Origin: Mobula hypostoma
Taxonomy: Eukaryota
NCBI RefSeq assembly: GCF_963921235.1
Contig: NC_086107.1
Span: forward strand, 115,136,001-115,200,000
Direction of reading: 5' to 3'
Length of the DNA: 64,000 nt
In this document: positions 13,033-25,000 of the stretch, piece by piece
Layout of the letters: every line of letters starts with the position of its first letter
Numbering within the stretch: the stretch's first letter is position 1
Translations under genes and position numbers: made by a program
Notes under the pieces: generated by a model
Database searches by the model: none
The model's input: the letters and a program-made list of their open reading frames with translations, nothing else
What the model was told of the DNA's origin: nothing

Positions 13033-16000
13033 AACCTGTGCCTTCCTCGCCTCCCCCCCAACCTGACATAGCGGATCGAGGGCAGGAAGGTGGCCCCAGG
13101 ACTGCAGTATTTTGGCGGTTCTATCATCGGAGATACGGACCTGGACGGAGATGGGATGACGGATCTGGTGGTGGGGGCTCGTGGAGGGATTGTCGTCCTA
13201 AGGTACCTCCTACAAAATGGAGGGATGGGGTGGAGGGGAGTGGATGCGATAGAAGTAGACGGAGGGCGGAAGTAGGGGCAGGGACGGAGGGAGGGCGTCG
13301 GCGTTGCAAAGAGCGGGGCGGATGGAGGAGGTGGGAGGGACGTCCTGAGGCACGTTTGGGCTTGTGAAGAGGTGAAAAACGGAGATGGACAGGTTGAGGG
13401 AAGAATGAACGGAATGACAGCGGGGACTGGGAGAGCAGCATGGGATGACTTGGCCGGTCTGTTTTCCCACTTGTTCATTTCACTCCTCCTTCCTTATCTC
13501 GGCCCCTTCCCCCACTCATCCTCCCCCTGCCATCCCTCTGCCCTCCCCATTCAACTTACCTACCCCCTCTCCTCTCTTCATCTCCCCTCACTCCCTTTCC
13601 GCCTCACCCTCTCCACTTCCCACCTTCCACACCACCCCTCCCTCCATTTCCCCAGGAGTCTTCCGGTTATGGAACTGCGTCCGGAATTACGTTTCCTGCC
13701 GGCGCAGATCCCGTGGCCAGAACCAGACTGTGGGATGGGGAGGCATGAGAGAACGCCTAGCCTCACCGGCTACCTCTGCTTCCTGCTGAGCTCCAGCTCC
13801 CGCCCACCCCCAGGTGAGTCCCATGTCGCGACCGGTCAGAGATCAGGGATCCGGTCAGGATTCAGGATGGAGATAATTTCAGGGAGGTGCATGTCAGGGG
13901 TCACCTCGGGTCATGTAATCAGTGATCGGGTCAGGGGTTAGATCGGGGACATGTGAGGGGTCATGTTTGGTCAAGCTTCAAGGGTTGGGACAGGTGTCGG
14001 TTCAGCAGGTCAGTAATCGGTCCAAGAGTCAGAATAGGGGTCAGGGTTTTGGTCAGCAGTTGGGAAGTTTGTCAGCTCGGGAGAGATAGGTCAGTGATCG
14101 GGTCAGGACTCGAATCAATGGTCAGGGGTTCGGGTCATGTCGGGGGACAGGTCAGCAATCGTGTGCGGGGTCCGATCTGGGGTCTGTCTCTGTCCTGCCC
14201 CTATGACCCGTTTCTGCTCTCCCCACCTGCCCAGGTCCACTGAACGTCACCTTGGAGTTCACGGCAGAGCTCGATCCCGAGAGGCAGCAGAACCGGCTGT
14301 GGTTCTCGAGCTCCGTGAAGAAAGTCGTGCAGCAGCTGACTCTCACCCAAAGGAACAAGTGCATCCCGCTAAACATCTCCATGCAGGTAACACGGACCCT
14401 CCCCAGCACTTGTCCCGTTGCGCTGCACTGAGCCCAATGCAGGGCTCCCCTACTGTTACACGGCACCGGGAGCCCCATTCAGAATTCTCCCACAGGTCAC
14501 ACAGGGAGTCCCGTTCGGAATAATCATCTACCGGGAGGACACAGAGAACACTGCTCCGGGTTCTCCTCGGGTTCGATTGAACAGGGGGTCCCGTGAAGGG
14601 GTCTCTCCAATTATTCGAAACTGGAATCCCCTATCAGAGTTTTCAGCTCCCGCTGGACCACCTCAGGAGGACTATAAGGGATTCCACCCCACCCCAGGTA
14701 GACCGCTCATGATTCGCCTCGCATTAGACCGTTTTATCAACGTCCTTCGGATTCCGCCTCCCTGTACCCACTTCCCCGCATTGCGCTGCACTGGGCGCGC
14801 ATACGGGGCCTCCTCTTGTTAGACTGCATCAAGAGTCCTGTTCAGGGTTGTCGTCCCTAGACCGCATCGGGTGCCCTGTGCATGATTCTCTTCCCGTAAC
14901 TCCGCGCTGAGAGAACTGTGCAGGATTATTCTTCCGTTAGGCCGCACCAGATTCGTAGTTACCCTCTTGTTCCAGCACACCGGGTCACCGTTTGCGGCCC
15001 CCTCCTCGCGAGCCATGTCAGAGTTCTCCTGCAATACCACGCTGGAATTGCCGTTTGGAATTCCCCTGTCATTGGAAGATACTGAGCACTTCTGAAGGCT
15101 CTGCTCTCATTAGAATGCATTTGGGTTCCCGTTCACGGTTGCTCTACCGTTAGGACAGCCTGGGAGATCTGTGAATGGAACTCCCTTCCTCCCTTTTTGT
15201 CCCTCACTCCTGTGCTTCCTCTGCAGGACTGCATCGAAGATTTCCTCAACCCTGTGAAGTTCCTGCTGGCATACTGCATACAGGAAGATGATGGGGCTGG
15301 GCCGCCCGGCATCCAGCCGGCCTTCAGGCACAAGTGCGTCCGGGGACTTTCTTGGATGGTAGGTCTTATCTGGCGTGGGCTGCTATAGAGCACTGAAGGT
15401 TCTGGGGTGCGGTGGTGAAGAAGGCGTTTAGAATGCTGACTTTCTTCGGTTATGAGACTGCGTACAAGAGTTGGGACGTTGTATTGTACAGGACGCTGGT
15501 GAGGCCGCACTTGGAGTACTGTGCTCAGTATTGGTCGCCCTGCTCTAGGGAAGATGCAATTAAGGTGGACAGAATGCAAAGGAAATTTACGAGGATGTCG
15601 GCGGCACTCGGGGAATTGAGTTTCAGAGAGGCTGGGCAGGTTGGGACTTCAGTTATCGGAGTGTGGGAGACCGATGGGCAACCTTACAAAGGCGTCTAAG
15701 CCCATAAGGGGAACAGATAGAGTGAATGTGCATAGACCTTTTCCCTTGGGTTGGGGAATCAAGAACTAAAGGACACGGTTAATATCAGAGAGGGGAGATT
15801 TAGCAGAAGCCTCATAGGAACCTTTTTGGTCAAAAGCTTTAAATTCCTCGGGGGTCAATATCACAAATGACCTGACTTGGTCCAACCAAGCAGAGTTCAC
15901 TGCCAAGAAGGCCCACCAGCACCTTTACTTCCTGAGAAAGCTAAAGAAATTTGGCCCGTCCCCTAAAACCCTCACTAATTTTTATAGATGCACCGTAGAA

Positions 16001-19000
16001 AGCATTCTTCTAGGGTGCATCACAACCTGGTACGGAAGTTGTCCTGTCCAAGACCGGAAGAAGCTGCAGAAGATCGTGAACACGGCGCAGCACATCACAC
16101 AAACCAATCTTCCGTCCTTGGACTCCCTTTACACCGCACGCTGTCGGAGTAGTGCTGCCAGGATAATCAAGGACACGACCCACCCAGCCAACACACTTTT
16201 CATCCCTCTTCCCTCCGGGAGAAGGTTCAGGAGCTTGAAGACTCGTACGGCCAGATTTGGGAACAGCTTCTTTCCAACTGTGATAAGACTGCTGAGTGGA
16301 TCCTGACCCGGATCTGGGCCGTACCCTCCAAATATCTGGACCTGCCTCTCGGTTTTTTGTTTTTTTTTGTTTTTTTTTGCACTGTCTTGCTTTCCCTTTT
16401 CTAGTTTCTATTTATGATTTATAATTTATTTTTTCCTATAGTTACTCCAGGGAGCGCGATGCGCAGAATCAAATATCGCTGTGAGGATTAGTATCAATTG
16501 TTCGGCCACAATAAAGTACTAAAGTATTAAAGTAAAGTAAAAGTTTATAGAACGAGCTGCCGGAGAAAGTGGTTAAATCAGATTTAATAAGAACACTTTA
16601 AAAACACTCGGACTGGGACGTGGATAGGGAAAGTTTAGAGAGATATTGGCTAAACGCGGGCAACTAGAACTAGTTTAGATGGGAATCTGGGTCGATAACG
16701 TCCATTTGGACCGAAGGGCCTGTTGTCATGCTATGCAAATCTGTGAATCAATGAAAAGGAATAAATTCCGTGACAGATCTGTCTCCCAGATAGATGTGAC
16801 TGGTCTGGAGTCAGAAGGTATGGGGCAAGCAACACACAGAATGCTGGGGGAACTGAGCAGACCAGGCAGAATCTATGGACGTTTCGGCCCGAGACTGGGT
16901 TCTGAAGAAGGGCCTCAGCCTGAAGCGTCGACTGCTCTTTTCCATGGATGCTGCCTGACTTGCTGAGTTCCTCCAGAATTTTGTGTGTACTGCTTTGATT
17001 TCTGGCATCTGCAGATTTTCTCTTGTTTGAGGTATGAGACAGGAACGAAGGAGACATCGGGAGCTAGGTGGGAGATGGGAGCGGGGAAGTCGGGGACTGA
17101 TTCATCTCTCCCTCCGGAATTCTGTCCCAGAAAATAAGGCGTTCTCCGTCTAAACTCACAGATCCCATTCAACAACACCTGCAGAGGCGCGGACGGGTGC
17201 GTCACTGATTTACGGCTGGCTGCTGTCTTACCAAGGTAGGTGCATGCAACACTCCCAGAGGAGAGCGGACGGTGAGTCGATGCCCGGTGTCGGGGGTGGG
17301 GGGTGGTGAGGAGAGGACTGTGTCCTAAACCCGATCCCAAATGGGAGGGTGTAGGAGGAACATGCGGCCGATGCCTGATCCTAGAGGGTAGGGTGCGGGG
17401 GTGGGAGTGGTGGATGAGAGGGCAGCGTGTCCGACGCCCAATTCCCGAACGGGGCGGGGGACAGAACAGTGTATACCATGCCGGCTTCCACGGGGTGGAA
17501 TGGGGGAAAACGACGTTGTGCTCGACGCCCGGTCCTGGACGGGAAAGAGGGATACAGGACGGTGCCCGACACCTGGTAAATTAATACACACAGAAATGCT
17601 GGAGGAACTCAACAGCTAGGCAGCATCAATAAAAAAGAGTAAACTGTCGACAGACATCCTAAAGTGTCTCGGGCCCTGTCTTCCTTTGTTTACTATTTTC
17701 CATGGAGGCTTCCTGGCCTCTGAGTCCCTCCAGTATTTCGTGTGTATTGCTTTGATTTCCAGCATCTGCAGATTTTCTGTTGTTTTCCACCTGGCTAACT
17801 AATTCGTTATCTTCTATAGTTCGGGAGTTTTACTGATAAAACCGGGATATCTGCTCGAGGTGACGATCCTGTTGCAGAATAAAGCTGAACTCGCCCGCCT
17901 CCCTGTTCTGCATTTCGAACATCCAGCGGGAATTTCGTTCCGCAAAGTTAAAGTCGAGAAGGTAGCATCGACACAATACCAATGCCGCAGCTCTGTGCTC
18001 CCTCCTCGCCGTCACTTCGCCACCCTCCCTCCTCGCCGCCCCTCCGTCCTGTGCTTCACTCATAACTAACGATAATTCAATGTCTCCCCCAGTTAAACAG
18101 AACAGTTCCACACTCCTGCAGTGTCAAAGGCACCGTCCACAACAGATGTAACATCAGCCATCCTGTCCTCAGAGAGCAAACAGAGGTGAGCTGAACATTC
18201 CAGACCATCGACAGAGGGACGGAGAGACACCGGTCAGTGTACAGATCTCCCCCTGAGAGAGGGACTGAGAGACACCAGTCAGTGTACAGATCTCCCCTGA
18301 GAGAGAGGGACTGAGAGACACCGGTCAGTGTACAGATCTCCCCTGAGAGAGGGACTGAGAGACACCAGTCAGTGTAAAGATCTCCCCCTGAGAAAGAGGG
18401 ACTGAGAGACACCGGTCAGTGTACAGATCTCCCCTGAGAGTGAGGGACTGAGAGACACCGGTCAGTGTAAAGATCTCCCCCTGAGAGAGAGGGACGGAGA
18501 GACACCGGTCAGTGTACAGATCTCCCCCTGAGAGAGGGACTGAGAGACACCAGTCAGTGTACACATCCCCCCCCTGAGAGTGAGGGACTGAGAGACACCG
18601 GTCAGTTTACAGATCTCCCCTGAGAGAGGGACTGAGAGACACCGGTCAGTGTACAGATCTCCCCCTGAGAGAGAGGGACTGAGAGACACCGGTCAGTGTA
18701 CAGATCTGTCCCTGAGAGAGAGGGACTGAGAGACACCGGTCAGTGTACAGATCTGTCCCTGAGAGAGAGGGACTGAGAGACACCGGTCAGTGTACAGATC
18801 TGTCCCTGAGAGAGAGGGACTGAGAGACACCAGTCAGTGTACACATCCCCCCCTGAGAGTGAGGGACTGAGAGACACCGGTCAGTTTACAGATCTCCCCC
18901 TGAGAGAGAGGGACTGAGAGACACCAGTCAATGTACAGATCTCCCCCTGAGAGAGAGGGACTGAGAGACACCGGTCAGTGTACAGATCTCCCCCTGAGAG

Positions 19001-22000
19001 AGAGGGACTGAGCGACACCGGTCAGTGTACAGATCTCCCCCTGAGAGAGAGGGACTGAGCGACACCGGTCAGTGTACAGATCTCCCCCTGAGAGAGAGGG
19101 ACTGAGAGACACCAGTCAATGTACAGATCTCCCCCTGAGAGAGAGGGACTGAGCGACACCGGTCAGTGTACAGATCTCCCCCTGAGAGAGAGGGACTGAG
19201 CGACACCGGTCAGTGTACAGATCTCCCCCTGAGAGAGAGGGACTGAGAGACACCAGTCAATGTACAGATCTCCCCCTGAGAGAGAGGGACTGAGCGACAC
19301 CGGTCAGTGTACAGATCTCCCCCTGAGAGAGAGGGACTGAGCGACACCGGTCAGTGTACAGATCTCCCCCTGAGAGAGAGGGACTGAGCGACACCGGTCA
19401 GTGTACAGATCTCCCCCTGAGAGAGAGGGACTGAGCGACACCGGTCAGTGTACAATACACTCTGATTCTCTCTTACGCTCTAGGTTTCACTGTTTTTGAC
19501 GTTTGATGTAGCAGACACTGGGAATTTGAGTGATTCTTTTCTGATGAATTTGAATCTCTCCAGGTAAGGATGCTGCTTTGCTCTTGTCTATCCCACCCTA
19601 CATGAACTCACCGGTCCTCCTCCGCAGCTCTCCCCACTTCCATTTTCCCCTTCTGTCTTCCTTCCCTCAGTACCCTCACGCCCTCTCCTCTCTGTAACAC
19701 CCTTCTCTTTAAAGGTTCTCTCCCTCTCTCATGTTCTCCTCTCCCCTCCCTCTGCAATCACCTTATCCCCTCTGGGTCTCTTTCTCCCTTCCTCTTTCAC
19801 CATCTCTCTGCTAGCCCTTTCCTCGCTCCTTGTCTCACCAGATCCCTTCCCACTACGTCACTCCCTCTTTTACTCTTTCATCATCTCACTTCTCCCGTTT
19901 ATCCTCTCTTAATCCTCTCAACCTCTCTATCTCCCTCTCCCCCCAGATTTGACCCCCAATCGCCTTCCCCTCCCTGTCCCTCTCTTACTTTCTCTCTCCC
20001 TCACTCCGTCTCCCCTCTCTCCGTCCTTCATCTCTCTCCGCCTCTCTTCCCCACTCTCGCTCCTTTCCCCTCTCCCTCCCACACCTCTTCTTCATTTTCC
20101 CCTTTCCCTCCCTTTCCCCTCTCCTGCATCTGCTTCCTCCGTCCTCCACCCTCTCTTGCGCATCTCTCTCGCCCTTTTCTTCTCCGAACAACGAGCTTTC
20201 TCGCTCCCTGCCCTCCCTCACCACCCTTCTTTCTTTCGATGCCTCCCCTCCCCACACCACAGCGACAATGAAGCACCGGAGACGCTGGAGGACAACCGAC
20301 TGAGCCTGAACATCAGTGTCCATCACCTGGTGAAGCTCGCCATCCGCAGGTAACGATCCTGGGAACTGATCCAGCATCACCCCTCCCTCCCCCCACCACC
20401 ATCGTAACACCCCTCCCTTCCGTCACCCACATCCTCCCGCTTCTCCGCCGTTTCCCACTCACAACATCCGACTCAATCACCGTCCTCACCTCTTGCTCTG
20501 TCGTCCCCTCACCGCCATACTTCACTCACCCTTCGTCTCCCCCCCCACACCTCCCGCAGCGATCTCCATTTCACAGCGTGACCTGCAGAAGAATACATCT
20601 TCCCCTTTCCTTTCTCCCCACCCTCTCTGTGCCCCGTCATCCCCTCTCACCCGCCGCCTTCCCGCAAACTGGAGTTATGATGTTCTGACTGTGTTGTGTC
20701 CCCAGCGTGCATTCCCCCGGATATCTCAACTTCACTCTGGGACGGATCTCTACGTATGAACTTATTCACAAATACCAGGTAACCCACGCCCCCCACGGTT
20801 CCCATCCGCCGCGTCCACGTCGCCACCCTCTCCGTGTATTTACTTCTCTCTTGTCTTTCTCCCTTCCCCAAATCCCACTGTAATACCTGTCACCCCCACA
20901 CTGCTCCTCTCAGCCTCTTTCCCTCCCCTCTCTTTCTATCCCCTGCTTCCCCAGTCTCCTCCTTCCACTCCTCCGCTCCTTCTCTCCCCATCTCTCTCCC
21001 TCTTCACTCTCCCTTCTTCCCTTCTCTTCCTTTCTTTCTCTTCTCTCTTCCCCTTCACTCCCTCCTCTCTCTCCCACGCCCTCTCATTTCTCCCTCTCCT
21101 CTCTCTTCCCCCACTCTCCCTCTCCCACTTTCTTCCCTCTCTCTTCCCCTCAACTTTTCACGTCTCTCCGTCTCTCCCTCTTCCCCTCCTCCCCTCCTCC
21201 CCCTCCCGCCCTCTCCACCTCTCTCTGACCCTCTGCGGTTCCTACCCCGCAGCTGATGAACTCGGCCCGACGGTCTTTGCCCGTCTCCGTCTCCTTTTGC
21301 GTTGGATACAGGTCGGACATCTTCACCTGGGCCGTTAAGAATATCACGTTGGAGCAGGTGAGGGGGCGTGAGAGGGGCAGCGAGGTGCGAGGAGCGGGGC
21401 GAGATGCGCGAAGGAGGGAAGGGTGGGGCGAGGAGAGGAGAGAAAGGGACGAGAAAGAGGAAGGTGAGGAAGGCGGAGGGAGTGGTAGCGAGGTGGGGAA
21501 AGGGTCCGAGGAATAAAGAGAGTGTGCGAGGAGGGGATGAAAGGGGCGTGAGGCGGAGAGAGAGGGCCGCAACAAGGGAGGGGGAGGCCGCAAGGAGGGA
21601 GGGAGAGGGACGTGTAGGAAGGGAGCACTGTGATTCCACTGCACCCTTGAGGTAACGGGTCAGACCTCGAGTAACACCCACTCCCCACTCCACATGCTAC
21701 CAGGTCAGAGGTCATGACTTTCTCCCGCTCTCTCCTCCCCAGGAAAATTTGGCGAATCTCGTCAACTGCCTACCTCCGGTTGCGGTCAAAGGTGGAGAGT
21801 CGGGGGCCAACTCCTCGGTTACCGAGGGCAAGCAGGTATGGTCAGGGGTGACCCGCTACTGGGCTGGTTTTTGAGCGCCAGAAGTCACTGAGGCGGTGGT
21901 GGTGTGGGATGGAGGGTGGGAGGTGTGGGAAATACCGGTCCCGAGTGTCCATCTGCCAGGGGACAGGACACCTGGGGTGTGACAGAACGGAGACAGCTCC

Positions 22001-25000
22001 TTCCTTCTGACCCCTACCTTCTGGTCCATATCCTGTATCATTAGCTCGCGTTCGGCTATTACTAGCCACGTCGTCACTGGCCACAGGAGTAGTATAGGAG
22101 TAGATGTGGAGGGTGGTAAATGGTATTCCATTGTTCAAGAAAGAGAGAAGGGATAGCCCTGAGTTGTAGACCCACTGAATCTTACGACAGTGGACGGCAA
22201 ATTATTGGAAGCAGATTCTTAGAAACAGGTTTTACGAGCATTTAGAGAAATCTGATCTTTGAGATAGTCAGTGCGGTAGAACAAAGCGATCTAGGAATAC
22301 AGGACCATAATTTATTGAAAGTGGCATCACGGGTAGATAGGTGTAAAGAAAGCCTTTGGCTTTCATAAATCGAAGTATTGGTACAGGAGATGGGATGTTG
22401 TGTTGAAGTTGTTAATGACGTTGCTGAGGCCTGATTTGGACTTTTGCGTGCAGTTTTGGTCACCTCCCTACGGAAAAGATGTAAGTAAGTTTGAAGGCTT
22501 GCAGAGAACATTTACAAATGTGTTGCCAGGTCTGGAGGACCCGAGCTATTTGGAAAGATTGATTGTTAGGACTTTATTCCTAGGAACGTACAAATCCAAC
22601 TCTGAGGGGCAATTTGATGGAGGTATATAAAATAATGAAGAGTGTAGATAGGGTAAGTGCAAGCAGGCTTTCTTTCCCACTGAGGTTGGATGGAACTACA
22701 ACTGGAGGTCAGGATTTAAGCGTGAAAAGTGAAAAGTTTAAGGGGAACATGAGGAGAAACCTCTTCACTCAGAGGGCTGTGAGAGTGTGTAGCGAGCTGC
22801 CAGCGCAAGTGGAGCATGCGAGCTCGATATCAACGTGTAAGAGAATTTTGAGTAGTATGTGGATGGTAGGGCTATGGGGGGATATAATCCAGGGAGTAGG
22901 CAGCTTAAATGGCTTGCGCGGACTAGATGGGCCGAAGAACCTTTTTCTGTGCTGCCTCTATGATCTGTGAAGGTAGTGCTTTGGATGTGGTATATGTGCT
23001 TTTTAGTACGGCGTTTGGTAAGTTCCCCGTGCTGGGCTCATTCCCAAAGCCATTAGAGATGCAATCCAGAGAAAGAAAGCTGGCTGCGTGGATTCAGAAA
23101 TTCCTTGCCCTCAGAAGGCAGAGGTGGTAGTGGATGAAGTGAATTCTGCCCGGAAGTCGGCGGCCAGTGGTATTCCACAGGGATCTGTTCTGGGAGTCCT
23201 GCACTACGTGAGTTGATTGAGGAAGTGGAAATGTAGAGGGACTGTCAGGTGTAAGTCGTTACACAGAATGGTGGGTGCGTTGAACTCACTGTCGGGGACG
23301 GTACTCGATATATACGTTAGGGATATTTAAGAAACTCTTGGATAGGCACACGTTATTGGCCGAATGGCCTGTGCTGTGTTGTAATTTCCTTTGTTTTATG
23401 TACATGCCTGAACTGCTTCCTCTGGCAGCTCCTTCCACATGGGCCTCCAACTGGGTGAAAATGTTGCCCCTCAGGTCCCTATGGTGCGGCACGTGGCCAA
23501 ATGGTTAGGGCTTTGGGCTCTCGATCTGAAGGTCGTGCGTTCGAGTCTCGGCCAAGGCAGCGTGTTGTGTCTTTGAGCAAGGCACTTAACCACACTCGGC
23601 TCCAGTCCACCCAGCTGAAAATGGGTACCGGCAAATGCTGGGGGTTAACCTCGCGATAGACTGGCGTCTTATCCGGTGAGTGGGGCGGGGGGAGTCTCGT
23701 ACTCTCAGTCGCTTCACGCCACGGAAACCGGCATAAGCACCGGCCTGATGGGCCACAAAGGCTCGGGACAGACATTGACTTTGACAGGTCCCTATTAAGT
23801 CACTCTCCTTTCACCTCAAACCTGTGTCCCTTTGGTTCTAAGTACCCCAACCCTGGGGGAAAAGACGGTGCGCATTCACTCCAGAGCGAAAAGTCCCAAC
23901 ATGTCCAACCTCGCTCTGGAGCCCAGTCCTTCAAATCCCGGCAACTTTCCAAGTCCAAGAGCGATCCCGAGTAGCAGTCAGTGTCCCTGACTGACGAAGA
24001 TCAATGTGCCCAAATGCCTTCTTCACCGCCCTGTTAACGCTCTGTACCTGGTTTACCGAAAGATGCCAGTTTCAGGTATCCATATCTGTACCCCCTAGGC
24101 CCGCTGTTCTCTAACATTCCCCAGGGTCCTATCGGTCTCTGTGAAAGCCCTCCCGTGGTTTGTCATCCCGGAATGCAATACCTCGCGTGCATCTAAATGA
24201 AATTCCACTTTCCATTGTTCAGCCCAATAACCCACGGAGAGTTGGTGATGACGAGGGTGTCCCTGGGCTGTGGGTGGGATTCGATGGGTGCAGGGAGAGA
24301 CCACGATGGAAGTGTTTCTGTTGACTGCGGGAGAATATTTGGTGGGTGGCGAGAGTCGGTAATGGGGAAAAGTGTCTGTGTACCGCTGGTGGTTGCAGAA
24401 TTGACGATGGGGAAAATGTCCGTGGGATGTGGGCGCGGGATTCCATAGTTGGGGGAATGGGCGGGAATTCGGTGAGTGGGGGAGAATCAGTGATGTGGAG
24501 AGTGGCCATGGGCTGTGAGGGGACTCGGTGGGTGGGCGGGGGAGAGTCGATGCTGGTCGAGGGAGACCGCGGTCTACAGAAAGAGATTTGGTGGGTTGGG
24601 AAGGGAGAATCAAGGTCGGGGAAGAGTGTCCCTGGACCGTGGGTGGGGATGCGGCAGACTGGGGCAGAGTCAGCGATAATGGCTGTGAGCTGTTGGAGAG
24701 TATTCATTGGATGGGTGAAGGATCGGTGACGGGGGAAAAGGATGGGGTACTTTCTACCTCCAGCCAACCTGCACTCCTTCTCCCCAAAGGGCAGTGACCA
24801 AGTGGAGTATCAGGTGATTAACTGTACTGTCGATCAGCTCAGCGAGCAGGCGGAGCCGATCCTCGTTCTCAGAGGGGAACTCCGCATCGATGGTCGGAAC
24901 AAGGTAACGCGGGAGAGGGGTGGGGAGGGTGGCGACTACTACAGGGATCAACGAGGGTTTAGTTCCTGAGCGAGTGGTAATTCCCGGTATCTTCAACCCG

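Noticed and set aside
16905..16935. Second functional hammerhead
   Set aside because: GAAA box mutated to GAAG and stems are degenerate; probably inactive
18211..19454. CRISPR-like array
   Set aside because: Tandem minisatellite without spacers
23483..23560. tRNA gene
   Set aside because: It is the tRNA-derived head of a SINE bounded by a TSD
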